Positions 1-12,805 of a DNA stretch of 64,000 nucleotides are shown here, piece by piece. The notes below the pieces were generated by a model that saw only the letters and a program-made list of their open reading frames with translations, made no database searches and had not been told where the DNA came from. Source of the stretch: Octopus vulgaris (lineage: Eukaryota); contig OX597818.1 in NCBI GenBank assembly GCA_951406725.2, positions 33,976,001-34,040,000 of the forward strand, in the 5' to 3' direction. Every line of letters begins with the position of its first letter. Within the stretch, counting starts at the first letter, position 1. Made by a program: the position numbers and the translations under genes.

Positions 1-129
1 TGTGTGTGTACGTTTGTGTGTGTATGTATATAGGTATGTACGTATACATACATACATGTAAGGTTGTTTTTATAGCTACTACCGACTGCTCGAAGTGCAC
101 TAACTTCCTAAACACTTGGATCTTACAAT

Positions 130-1323
130 TACAGGTAGGAATTGCCTGACCTAGCTCCTACAGCACTATGACTGGGTGTTGAGGCAGTTACGCGACAACT
201 CAAATGTGGACGTAATATATCTTGATTTTGCAAAAAGCTTTTGATAAGGTTGATCATCGTATATGCCACAAACTGCATGATCTTGGCATAGCTGGGAGAT
301 TTGGAGAGTGGTTACACGGCTTTCTGAAAGATAGAAGTCAGGCAGCGGTGACCAGTAGAGTCACCTCAAAGAAAACACAAATAGTGAATGGTGTTCCATA
401 GGTCATTGTCTTGAGACCACTGATTTTCATAGTGACCCTCTCAGATTTGCCCTCAACTAGCCGGATAACCACCCTTGCTTCCTGCGCAGATGATACGAAA
501 GTTTCGATGTTGCACATCTGCAGCAGGAGTTGAATGCAATTTACAAATGGACTGATGACAATAATATGCTGTTTATTGATAGACAATTCCAAGCCCTGTG
601 CTACTACCACCCAAAACTGAACGAAAACCTTACAGGATTCACTGGCCCAAGTGCACATTACCAAAATGGTGAGAAAGTGAAGACGGCTGGCTAGCTGGAT
701 TCTGACAACCTTCAGAAACAAAGAAAAGGAAACTGTGATGGTCCTGTGGAGGACATTCGATCTCAGCCGCCTGGACTACTGCTCCCATCTATGGTCACCC
801 TACAGTGTAAAATTAGCAGGAGACCTTGAAACAATCCAGCGAAGCTTCACAAAGAATATCGTCTTATCCCAAAAGCTCAGCTAGTAGAAAAGGCTTAAAC
901 AGCTAAGACTCTTTGGAGCGAAGGCAAGAGAGATATGCAATAATATACATCTGGAAGATCCTGGAAGGGATTGTGATAAATGTTGGCATGGAAAGCTACA
1001 CAAATGCCAGAACGATCGCCACTGCATAGTGCCAAAGATCCCAACAATGCTGTCGCGCTCCGGGACCAGTTACTGCAACAGCCTGGCTTTCAAGGGCCCA
1101 CAGCTTTTTAATATTCTCCCAAAGAGCCTGAGAGACCTACACAAAGTGGATGTAGATGTTTTCAAAACAAGATTGGATCTCTTCCTGTCAAGAGTCCCAG
1201 ATGGACCCACTTCGAGATAGGAGACGCAAATAAGGGCAGCGACAACAAACTCCCTTATTCACCAAATGCTACATATCAGAGGAGGCATAATAACAGTGTA
1301 GCAAAACGGCGGTGCCCAGTATG
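130..1323 (+). mobile_element. Degenerate CR1-group LINE ORF2 (RT to C-terminus) with 3' tail interrupted by an RTE-like insertion
   Basis: Frameshifted motifs VIYLDFAK(A)FDKVDH (~212-257), NGVP*/PLIFI (~388-432), ADDTK (~486-500), LDYCSHLWSP, GPQLFNILP..FKTRLDLFLSRVPD (ORF 1029-1220). Tail ggcggtgcccagtatg at 1308 resumes as gccacagctttgagctgaaac at ~1647. Confidence 0.85.
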
Positions 1324-1646
1324 AAGTGCCCAGTGGAAGCGCCATCCAACCAAAATGCAAATATATGGGAAACTACCACCTGTGTCATCTCTTGTGAAAG
1401 GTAAGGGAGTCCAGTTTGCTGGACATTGTTGTAGAGCTGAAAACGAGGTAATTTCTACTCTTCTCCTCTGGAAGCCATCTACTCGCGATACCAGAGGGCG
1501 GACACTCTCCTACCCAGATGTAATCTCCAGGGATACAGGCATCCAGCAACAGGACCTCCGTAATACCATGATGGACCGTGAAGTCTGGCGTAGCATGGTA
1601 AATTCCATTGTCTCGACCACGGTCGAACAATGATGAAATGATGATG
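1324..1646 (+). mobile_element. 5'-truncated RTE/RTE-X-like LINE 3' end
   Basis: ORF 1355-1633 has FAGHCCR...LLLWKP...GR..LSYPDVI...MMDREVWR, typical of RTE-clade C-termini. The stop codon runs directly into a (TGA)n-like tail. Confidence 0.7.
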
Positions 1647-1672
1647 GCCACAGCTTTGAGCTGAAACTGATA

Positions 1673-1725
<53 letters not shown>

Positions 1726-1779
1726 TTCTTGTTGCAACACACACACGCACACACATATGAGAGAAAGAGAGAGTAAACT

Positions 1780-2050
1780 GGCACTACATTGGTTACGACG
1801 ATGATGTTTCCAGTTGATCTAATCAATGGAACAGTCTGTTCATGAAATTAACGAGCAAGTGGCTGAGCACTCCTCACTCACGCGTATCTATAACGCAGTT
1901 CTCAGGGAGATTCAACGTGACACAGAGTGACAAAGCTGATCTTTTAAAATACAGGTACCATTCATTTTTTTAAAGTGTCTTGCACACGGATTCAACGTGT
2001 CGTCGGCAATCGAACTCTAGCCGAATAGTCTAATCACTAAGCCACGCGCC
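1780..2050 (-). mobile_element. tRNA-derived SINE family B (CORE-like central domain)
   Basis: Minus strand begins ggcgcgtggcttagtgattag (A box) and has a gttcgattgcc B box; homologous along its length to 43312-43626. Confidence 0.75.
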
Positions 2051-2209
2051 TTCACTGTAAAAGCGACACATGTATATACAGAACGATAAGGGAGAAATAT
2101 AGAGTAACCATGTATGCATCTGTTCGTACGATTATGTACGGTACATAGAGAGATAAAGAGATGGAGGTAGAGATGTAGCGTGCTTTGTGAGGGCACGCTT
2201 GTTATATGT

Positions 2210-2665
2210 AAAGAATAAGCTAGAGAGAGAGAGGGGAGAACTAGAGAGGGAGAGAAGTAGCTAGAGAGGGAGAGGAGAAGCTAGAGAGAGAGAGAGAGAG
2301 TCAGAGGAGAAGATAGAGCGGAAGAAGAAAAACTAGAGAGGGAGAGAAGTAGCTAGAGAGTGAGAGGAAAAGCTAGAGAGGGAGAGGAAAAAGTAGAGAG
2401 GGAGAGGAAAAACTAGAGAGGGAGAGGAGAAGCTAGAGACGGAAAGAAAGAGAGAGAGGGGGAGAAACTAGTGAGGGAGAGGAGAAGCTAGAGCGGGAGA
2501 GGGGAAACTAGAGAAGGAGAGAAGAAGCTAGAGAGGGAGAAGAAAACCTAGAGAGAAAGAGAAGCTAGATTCGGAGAGAAAGAGGGACAGAGAGACAGAG
2601 AGAGAGGGAGAGAGGAGAAACTAGAGAGAGAGGGAGAGAGGAGAAGCTAGAGAGAGAGAGTCAGA
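2210..2665 (+). repeat. Purine-rich minisatellite, ~20-bp unit gctagagagggagaggagaa
   Basis: Roughly 20 degenerate tandem copies of ctagagagggagagg(a/g)gaa; plus strand almost entirely purine. Confidence 0.85.
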
Positions 2666-2669
2666 GAAC

Positions 2670-2978
2670 TCACTGCATGCCACTTTGGGCAAGCGTCCTC
2701 TACTATAGCCTTGAACCGCCAAAAGTCTTGTGTGTGGAACTCATAGATGGAAACTGAAAGAAGCCAACCGTGTGTGTGTGTGTGTTTATCTGTGTCTATA
2801 TTTGTCGTCTACCACAGCTTAATCGGTGTTGGTATGTTTATGTCCTTGTACCTCAGCGCTTCGTCAAAAGCGAGCTATTAAAAACAAATAAGTATTCGCG
2901 TCGATACATTCTACGCAAAATTCTTCAAGGCGGTGCCACAGCATGGCAGCAGTCTAATGACTGAAACAAGTAAAGAAC
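2670..2978 (+). mobile_element. SINE family A, degenerate 5'-truncated copy
   Basis: ttgggcaag..ctactatagcc..ggaaactgaaagaagcc, internal (TG)n, tail ggcggtgccacagcatggcagcagtctaatgactgaaacaagtaaag. Confidence 0.8.
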
Positions 2979-3477
2979 GAAAAAAAGAGATCTAATTTGA
3001 GGGAGATTTGACCGCTACTTTTTTTGCAGATTGATCAAAACACGAAGCGGGTCCTCTGTGGAATCGTTACTTTGTTAAATTCGCTGGTTGCTATCGTTAC
3101 TTTAATTGTTCAAAGCGCTGAGATACAAAGAAAGAAAGAAAAAGATATTTTTAAAAAATAAGAAATCGCAAACTAAAAAAAAATTAAACAGGCAACAATT
3201 CGTCTCCACATAAATAAATGAATAATCTTGATTCTGTGGATCTTTCTCTGATGATAAATAAAGCAACAGCAAGTCTCTCCCACGAACACACATACATATA
3301 CACATGCATGCATATATCACATATACACATACACACCCATATATATACACTAACACATATATGTATGTAGGTGTGTATATGTATGTATGTACGCATGTAT
3401 GTATGTATGTATGTATGTGTATGCGTTGTGTTTATAAATGTTTCATAAAAGTATTATGTATCTCTCACTATATATTG

Positions 3478-3569
<92 letters not shown>

Positions 3570-3644
3570 ATGTATATGTGTATTCGTGTAGTGTATATAT
3601 TTTTTTTTTTCAGCTCAGAGCTGCGGCCATGCTGATGTATATAC

Positions 3645-3688
<44 letters not shown>

Positions 3689-4309
3689 TTTGATGTTCAG
3701 TCGGCTTACTCCTACTATCTTATTCTTGTTATTTCTACCAAAATAATAAGAACCAGTTTTAAAATACACAAAATGGTAAAGAAAAATATAAAAAGATTCT
3801 CCCAAATAAATGAGAAAAATTAATAAAAAAATAACAAAAAAGTCAAACAATTGAAGAATAAACTGAAATATATACACCCACGTTTCGGCCTCGTACATTT
3901 AGTCATTGCATTGCCTTACTAATGAAAATTTAGCTTTGTGGTTTTGCGAACGAAGAACGAGATATATTTTCCATATTTTTTGTAGAATTTTTATCGTTGT
4001 TTTCGTTTCCTTTATTTTTGTATTTAAAAGAAAAATCTTTGTCCTCCTTCTGGAAATAAACAAAAATAAATAATAAAGAATGGTTAAGATTAACGGAGAA
4101 CGTCAAAGATTAAATGAAGAGGAAAAAGAGAGAAAAGGGACGTGTGGGTGGGGATGAACGGGTTTGGTAAATGATGGGTTAGAAAGAGTGGTGAATTTTA
4201 GACTGTGAACCACACCCTTACGGAAGCAGATGTCAAAACAGTTCCGGATGAAATCTGCGAGAGAAATTAATAGATTGTTGAGATGTTGAGATTAAAATAC
4301 AAAAATATA

Positions 4310-4632
<323 letters not shown>

Positions 4633-5384
4633 ACACATGTATGCACGTATGCATGTATAGTCAAAACTATGCCACTTCAGCTATTCCTAAAATAACAATA
4701 ATGGTAATTGTTCTTTAAATTGGCACACTACCATTAATTTTGATAGATGCCTGTGTGTCGACTTAATTAACCCAAGTACATAACTAGTACTTTATTTTAT
4801 TGATATCGATTGGCTGAATTGCACAGTAGAAACCGACATGATTTTCTTTGTGTGTATACGTATGTATGTGTCCGTGCGCTCTTCTGTGCCTGTGTGTGTA
4901 CAGTTACTGATATCGGACTCAACGCATCTTGTATCTTCAATTCTTTTATTTTCTTAAAACGACTTAAAGCTCTCACAAATAAATCTTTTGTTTCGCATCG
5001 AAGAAGCGCTGCGGCGTCCTCTTTGCAACAAACACGTTCTCATAGCTTTGATTTCTAAGACACCGTATTTCTCACAGTTCACCATTTTAGTCTTTTATTT
5101 TCTGCAACTATTTTCTTAACTCGTCTGACTGATAGTAACATCATCTTTCCTTTTACTTTTATCCAACACCTGTTGGTTAGCTTCTTCAGAGCTAAATAGT
5201 TAAAACAGTAGATTCCAAGGAAAATTATAGTGAACTGCGTTAACTAATAAGAGAAAAATGTTCAAACATTTGAATAAATTTTGAACATTGAATGAGAATT
5301 CTAACGGTTAAGTAAAAACACTTGTTAACGGTTAAAGAGACATTTAATTGGCAAACCCATATATAGTTTTGGCCCTTTGCGGCT

Positions 5385-5520
5385 CTTTACGTTCTGAGTT
5401 CAAATTCCGCCGAGGTTGACTTTGCTTTTATCTTTTCGGGGTCCATAAAATAAAGACCATCTGAGCATTAACGTTAATGTAGTCCACGAGACCCCGCCCA
5501 AAATTACAGGCCTTTTGCCT
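5385..5520 (+). mobile_element. SINE family C fragment
   Basis: gttctgagttcaaattccgccgaggttgactttgcttttatcttttcggggtc matches the copies at 25095-25309 (-) and 30409-30605 (+). Confidence 0.75.
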
Positions 5521-5534
5521 TTATTATTATTATT

Positions 5535-5918
5535 GAGATAACAGTGCATGACCTTGCAGTTAGAATTTTCTTCAGGTCGAGTAGCCCATCCCACTTAAAA
5601 CGTCCCTGAATAGGGGCTGTTTAATGATGTTGAACGAAACATCTATGTTTCCAAAGGGGAATTAACCATACCCCCAAAGAAAACCTTTCAACACATGGCT
5701 ATGATGCTGCCCCACTACTTCTGCTCGTGATCAGAGATTCACATATTGTCAGCCACTAAGGGACATGCTCAACTGGTTAAGGTCAAGCAAATAACAGGCA
5801 AATGTGTAGTATTGAGCAGAATATTTGCTGTAACCCATCTTTTATACCAAGATAAAACAATGTACATGATAACACTTCTAATCAGTTAAGATCAGAAGCC
5901 ATCAACGCATCGGGGCAT
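5535..5918 (-). mobile_element. Isolated 5' region of an R4/Dong-like retrotransposon, flanked by (TTA)n
   Basis: 5558-5642 aligns by eye with 48338-48423, the upstream end of the Dong-like copy. Both ends abut (TTA)n runs. Confidence 0.65.
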
Positions 5919-6779
5919 TATTATTATTATTATTATTAAAAGTGAAATTAGTATTGTAATTCTTGCTAAAACTACTGGAAGCTCAAAAACAGAGTTTACT
6001 AAAAGCTGTCCAATTAATGGTTCATTGTATTATTTTAACGTCTGGAATGTTTTCTATTGACCACAGGCGAAATGAGGCGAAACGGTCAGTGGAACGTCAG
6101 CGCCTAGGTTTTTGTAGAGAATTAGTGACGGGTATGAGTGATTAGTTTCTGGGGAATGGTCAAAGTGTCAACTAATCTTAGAATTTGGCTTATCAAGGTA
6201 ATCTAGGAGTGGACACTGGCGATGCAGAGACCTGCACCGGGAGCACAGGATTCGATAAAACCACCTTCAAACACGCATCCATTCGTGACCATTGGGAAAA
6301 AATCTCCTCCTGCCTTTCGAAAAAGGTGTATTTGTTTGGTGAAGGAGGTATTATGATGGATAGAGTTGGGAAGAATGAGAATAGACTTTTCCTACCAATC
6401 AAACGATCGTCCATTTTTACAAGTATAGTAATTAAATTTTCTTATATTATTTACTACACTAGATTTATGTGTGCGTGAGTGTGTCTCTATAGGTGTGTGA
6501 ATGAGCAAATTACTGTATTTCTTTCCTGCTTGTGCATGATAATGTGTGCGAATCATTTTGCTGCATGATAACATCTAGGAAGCATATTATCAGTTGGAAA
6601 GCACCTAAAATACCGGAAATGGAGGAAAGGGCGCAGTTTTTATTCCAACTGTAAGTATTAAGGTGACTGATAATTATTTTATCAACTCCTACCCGCCTTG
6701 TACTTGCATGAACAGTAATTTTGATCTGAAAAGAGATTGTAATTAAGTGCTATATGAGATATCCATTTCACTACTCTTC

Positions 6780-7070
6780 CTGTGCACCAACTTGATTATT
6801 ATTTTGCAATGTATAAACTGGTTATGTTTACTAGGGAGTCTTTTGTTGGAAGGGTACAGTTTAAATTCACTTTCGCATATCATTGGCGGTGAGTAACATA
6901 GCATAGGTGATAGGCTTCCTGTTAAACAAGTCTGCTATCCAGTTACATTTACCCCTGGTTTTAGTTATTTCGTTTAGCTATGTCCAGTTTAACATCACCT
7001 ACCGATGCAATATTTGGATACATCACCAGTGTTATTTCCTGCGGACACAAGAGGTTTCGAGTCTCAATAC
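6780..7070 (-). pseudogene. Possible highly decayed pogo/Tigger transposase fragment
   Basis: Minus strand contains ctccctagtaaacataaccagtttatac, resembling the LPxNxTSxxQP motif with frameshifts; weak support. Confidence 0.25.
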
Positions 7071-7502
7071 ATACATCCCCATCTAAATGAACCAACTTAG
7101 TTTAATCAAGCCACGGCTTATGTCAAAGTAGCATTCTGCTGAACCCACGGAACACCTCTCTTTAGTCTCAGCCGTCTAGACGCTTTCTCGGGAGCTTCCA
7201 AGTTATTCTTCATATCTCTTCTTCTTCTCATTCTTGTAATGCTCAGAGTCCCATAGGCATTACTCTAAGTATGATCTGTAAAACTTCGACTGCCAAACAC
7301 CACTGGTAAACATCTTATATTCCACCCATTATTGCAGAAGATCTCCTCCAACACATCGTACATCTCTTCCTTTCTTGCCATTAGAATGTTACACAAATTA
7401 CAAACACAATTTCCTAACCCACCCAAATATTCAATAAAAACGACTATTTTCTTTCTTTTTGCAATTATTTCTGATCCAGGATCCATTGATATTCTTGCGC
7501 TA

Positions 7503-7539
<37 letters not shown>

Positions 7540-7556
7540 CAGGCAAACAGACAGAC

Positions 7557-7597
<41 letters not shown>

Positions 7598-7614
7598 AAT
7601 ACATACATACATAC

Positions 7615-7729
<115 letters not shown>

Positions 7730-7730
7730 T

Positions 7731-8995
7731 AGGGCAAGATGGATAATCTGTTTCCATTTTATATTTTGAAATTCCGCCCATGCACATTGTTTGTTTTTGA
7801 TTTTGTCAACAACCCGGTATAGTTGGGTCGGTTGGGCACCGTCTGTGAGAAAACACACCACCACGACGCAATTCGTTCTGCCAGAAATTTCTAAACAACA
7901 TGTTTTACTGCTTGACATTCGCGTTGGAAGCTCCAATACGAGTGTTTGGGTGTCAATCTGAGGACACTACAATCTGAGGAAATGTACCGAGAGTGATAAA
8001 AATCAAACATCCCGTCAATGTCATAGTGTTTGGAGTGATCACTAGTGATGGCGACGTTCTGCCTCCATTCATCACCTCCCACGTCTTCAGACTCAGCAGG
8101 GAGGCCTACATCAAGTGCCTGTAGGAGGTAGTATTGCCCTGGGTCAAAAGAGTGGCTGCTGGATGATCCTATGTCTAGCAATAGGACTCCGCATCTAGCA
8201 GGAGAACCTATCGTGGCTGTCAGACAATTTCTGCGACCACATCAACCCTAACATCTGGCCACCTAACACCCCAGACTGCAACCCCTTGATTATTATGTGT
8301 GGGTCGCAGTTGAGCGAGAGACCAACAAAAGTCCTTGTAACACTAAAGATTAACTGAAGGCAAGGATCATGGCCGCATTTACCAAATCAAACAAGGAGAC
8401 CGTCCAGAAGAGAGCAGGAGATTCCGAAAGTCCCCTGGAGACCGTGGTTGAAGCCAATGGCAATTTTATTGAATAAATTTACTCTTCAGTATTTCAAAAT
8501 ATTTTTTTGTAATTTTGGTAAATATAACTGTTAAATTGAGATTCTCTCTCTCTCTCTCTTTTACTTGTTTCAATCATTTGACTGCGGCCATGCTGGAGCC
8601 CGCCTTTAATCGAGCAACTCGACCCCGGGACTTATTCTTTGTAAGCCCAGTACTTATTCTATCGGTCTCTTTTGCCGAACCGCTAAGTGACGGGGACATA
8701 AACACACCAGCATCGGTTGTCAAGCAATGCTAGGGGGACAAACACAAACATACACGCACACATATATATACATATATACGACGGGCTTCTTTCAGTTTTC
8801 GTCTACCAAATCCACTCACAAGGCTTTGATCGGCCCGTGGCTATAGTAGAAGACACTTGCTCAAGGTGCCACGCAGTGGGACTAAACCCGGAACCATGCG
8901 GTTGGTAAACAAGCTACTTACCACACAGCCATTCCTGATGTCAGTGTTATTTTCATTTTTGCGTAATTTACACGACGATTTATTCACCTGCACAC
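7731..8995 (+). mobile_element. Internally deleted Tc1/mariner (maT/DD37D-like) transposon, split by a SINE at 8555-8937
   Basis: Decayed transposase motifs KHPVNVIVFGVITSDG, YV*Q*DSA, WPPNTPDCNPLDYYVW, LETVVEANGNFIE*. The sequence appears to continue after the SINE (gagat|gtcagtg). Confidence 0.8.
8555..8937 (-). mobile_element. SINE family A, full length
   Basis: Minus strand: A box tggctgtgtgg, B box-like ggtttagtccc, internal (TA)/(TG) tract, tail ccagcatggccgcagtcaaatgattgaaacaagtaaaag. Confidence 0.92.
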
Positions 8996-9398
8996 ATTTG
9001 TTTGTGTGACTGGGATCTTGAAGTTATTCAAAATGATATAAAAGACAACTAGTCTGTTATTTTAAGAATGAAAAATTACTTGGAGTAGAGATTCTCTGGT
9101 TTAGACAATATTTCAAATGAATGGATAGAAAATCCTTTTAGATGTTGTGGATTTACCAGTCAAGAAGACTTCCGTATCTTAAAAGCAAGCAATGCCTGGA
9201 AAACAAGATTCGACAGTAAGATGATTTTGGACATTACTTACTACTCTGTCTTGCAGCAGTGTTTGATACTGGCGTCGTGAACTGCCCATTAACAGATAAG
9301 GGTTTTATTATATAATTTCAGGGGCAGACTTTTTCAATGAAACCTAAAACACAAAATCGCTAAAAATAAACATCACCTAAGTTATATGTAGTTCTCAG

Positions 9399-9430
<32 letters not shown>

Positions 9431-9462
9431 CGTCTCTGTCTCTGTGTCTCTCTCTATCTCTC

Positions 9463-9527
<65 letters not shown>

Positions 9528-10246
9528 TAACTAAAACAACACACATGCTTACATACATACACATACACGCGCACAAACACATGTTGCCCTTAGACTATTT
9601 TTCTCCTTTCCAATTTTATTTTTCCCCTGATTTCAATAAACACAATATTTCTTCTACTTTATAATATATACCGTATTCTTATTTATTAGACAAAAAAAAC
9701 GAAATGAAGGTGAAACGGAGAAAAATGCACAAAAATAAACTTGAAAAGGAGAAAATTAATGTGAAAAAGAGGAGACAATGGTGGATTAGAAGTGGTAAGA
9801 AGCATTTATTTAGAAAAAAATAAAATTACTCAAAGAATTAAAATCGATACATCTTTTATTTTTATATGATATTGCCAACAAATAAAAAATTTTGTATGTA
9901 AAAATTCGTCCATTATAGTACATTTTTCTTGTTCTTAAAAAAAGCAACAACAATAAGTTACATTATTGACAAAAAAAAATTAGCAATATGTTATTTTTAT
10001 ATTAAGCTTTATCAAAACTAACGCCACTTTTAAAAACACATTCATTTCTATCAGAATCAAATTATGGTCTTCAACCTTGTCCTCCTTGTCCTAATTACCA
10101 TTATTACGACTTATTTATTAAGCTTTCTTTTTAATAAACCCCGTGTTACTTTTTCATTCGCATTAAAATTATATTTTTCTAAAGCATAATTATGAACCAA
10201 AAATCGGAAAAACAAAATATAGCAGTTTATGGCCAAAAATGAATTA

Positions 10247-10770
10247 CCGTAAATCCTCGAGTATAGTCCGCCCGTGAGTATAATACGCAGGAGATTTTTA
10301 GGGGGCTGTATCTCTGAAAAAATTAAACCTTGTGTATAATACGCAACCCTTCTCTAACTTGCGTCAAGGAGGTCTATATAACGTCCTTGGTTTGTAAAAA
10401 TGTTTACTGTAACATCCTTTATATTATTATTGTATATATAACATAATGCAAACGTGTAGCTTTTTTGTGCATTTTGTTTGCAGAAAATAAAGAAATAAAC
10501 AGTAATAACAGTAATAACGTTTAATAAATGTTGCTTATTGCAAGTTATGGATGATTCTTTTATGACTTCATTGCTTTCAGGCTTAGCTTAAGGTATTTTC
10601 GCGCCCAACATCACAAAATGCGTCTGAATAAACATTGCCGGACAGCAAATAGAGACTCGGACATTGCTCAGAAAATATTTTTCATTTTTAACCTCGTATA
10701 TAGTACGCACTAGGGATTTTGACCTTTAAATTTGGGGGAAAAAATGCGGATTATACTCGAGGATTTACGG
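10247..10770. mobile_element. Tc2/pogo-type MITE with TA target duplication
   Basis: TIRs ccgtaaatcctcgagtatagtccgc / gcggattatactcgaggatttacgg (25 bp, 1 mismatch), TA on both sides, internal subterminal gtataatacgca repeats. Confidence 0.92.
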
Positions 10771-11397
10771 TAGGTGGCGTGGGATAAAAATAATATTCTA
10801 CAAGCAGCTAACTGGATCACTCAAGTCAAAGCAATTATCAATACTGACTTGATGACACAGTACGATAGTATCGTTGTGTTTGGAGCCTCTTTCTCAATAG
10901 TAAGTACTGAAAGCCACAATAGTGTCGCTTAAATATCCAATGGATTAAGTTAAAATAGGAAGGACTAGGTAAATATTCAACCCCATGTTCTCACTTCGGA
11001 GATTAAAATAGATATAGGTTCATGGTTTAATGTCATCTTCTAATTTTGGAGTATATTCTGTTTCAAATTAGTGACATTGGATAATCGTTTCATCAAGACT
11101 GGAATATAGAGTTCTTTGCTGTCGAGATGCTTACCGAAAGTAGCAGTATAGTCTCCTTTAAAACAAGTTTTTAATGTTTTATAATAGGAGGCGCGGATGA
11201 CTATATATAGGACTTAATACACATAATGATGGAATGATAAGGCTGGAACCTCATTGAGTATATATCGACCTGGAAAGATTGAGCTAGGACTAAGTAATGA
11301 CAACAGTAACAACACACACACACACACACATACACAATATCTCTCTTTCTCTCTCTGTCTCTCTGTATTCCTATATATATATATATATATATATAAT

Positions 11398-11595
11398 TAA
11401 TCCAAACACGAAAACACAAAGAGAAAACACAACAACACGAGGACGTGGAACAAATATAGTATTATTGGACGCCCAGGAAGGAAGGGAAGAAAGAGTATTT
11501 TGCATTTCGAGCGGAGCTCTTCGTCAGAAACATAGGAAAAGGAAAGATCCAGAGAAGGGAAGACAGGAGGAAAATGGCCAACGGTACACACACCA
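11398..11595 (-). mobile_element. Short hammerhead-bearing element family H1 (Penelope-like non-autonomous) in (TA)n
   Basis: Homologous to 15815-16006, 16795-17002, 38250-38335 and 61345-61553. Minus strand 11497-11531 reads gttt CTGACGA a gagc-tcc-gctc GAAA tgc aaaa. Confidence 0.7.
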
Positions 11596-12372
11596 TATAT
11601 ATATATATATATATATATAAGATGAGGTGGTCATACCTGAAGCACCTTTGACCATTGACCTCTTCGATCAGAATTGACTTGAAGCTTAACCCCAACTACT
11701 ATAAAAACTTTAAAGATGCCGATTAGTAAGGTAGTATGGTCGAGATATATTGAGATAGTGAGAGAGTAACAGAAACATCTGAGAGAGAGAGAGAGAGAGG
11801 GATAGAGAGAGTGAGAAAGAGAAATGTGAAAGTATAATATAAAAAGAATACATACGTCCATCTCATCTGCTTAAAACTAGCCACCATCTTGCTTTTTAGC
11901 ACATACAGTGGAATGGAATTTCTGAAGCTGATCAAGGACAAAAGATTTCGATACCGACTTGACATCACAACCCAATGAATATAACGGAAACCTATTCGTT
12001 GTTAGCCTAAGGCAATGTATACTCTTAAGAAAAAGGTGATAGTTTATATAATAAAGAGGAACTGTAACTATATATGTGATTCAAACAGACAAAGGATTCT
12101 ATCGCAGTGCAGCATTAGTCTTGTTTGTCACCAATTTTTCAATATAAAGATTCGGGATTGTTTGATGTCCATTATTAAAGCATTCGCTCAAAGCACACAA
12201 TATTATTGATTACATTATTTTCTATAATAAGCATGATTCCAGTGCTACACTTTTGTGGTGAATTCCCAGCATGCCAATATATTTCATCGATCCTTAGAGA
12301 ACTAAAAGGTACAGCTGACCTTGGTGATATTTGATCTGACCAAGAAGAACGGGGTAACTAGCACACATTTTG

Positions 12373-12522
12373 GTGTGGTAAGTAGCTTGTTTACCAACCA
12401 CATGGTTCCGGGTTCAGTCCCACTGCGTGGTACCTTGGGCTAGTGTCTTCTACTATAGCCTCGGGCCGACCAAAGCCTTGTGAGTGGATTTGGTAGACGG
12501 AAACTGAAAGAATCCCGTCGTA

Positions 12523-12586
<64 letters not shown>

Positions 12587-12805
12587 TGTGTGTGTTTGTG
12601 TGTCTGTGTTTGTCCTCCTAGCATCGCTTGACAACCGATGCTGCTGTGTTTATGTCTCCGTTACTTAGCGCTTCGGCAAAAGATACCGATAGAATAAGTA
12701 CTGGGCTTACAAAAAGAATAAGTCCCGGGGTCGAGTTGCTCGATTAAAGGCGGTGCTCCAGCATGGCCGCAGTCAAATGACTGAAACAAGTAAAAGAGTA
12801 AAGAG
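12373..12805 (+). mobile_element. SINE family A, near full length
   Basis: gtgtggtaagtagcttg..ggttcagtccc B box, internal (TA)n(TG)n, tail ggcggtgctccagcatggccgcagtcaaatgactgaaacaagtaaaagag. Confidence 0.93.

Noticed and set aside
338-721. 127-aa minus-strand ORF (also 56644-56973, 57564-57986 and similar)
   Set aside because: Antisense shadows of LINE RT sequence.
2210-2665. CRISPR-like array
   Set aside because: Units are contiguous and degenerate with no unique spacers; the context is eukaryotic and no cas genes are present.
3870-3910. ggccGAAAcg on the minus strand suggesting a hammerhead
   Set aside because: No CUGANGA box or helix I partner found.
6185-6478. Moderately GC-rich ORFs on both strands as a possible host exon
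   Set aside because: No recognisable motif and no convincing splice-site pair; left unassigned.
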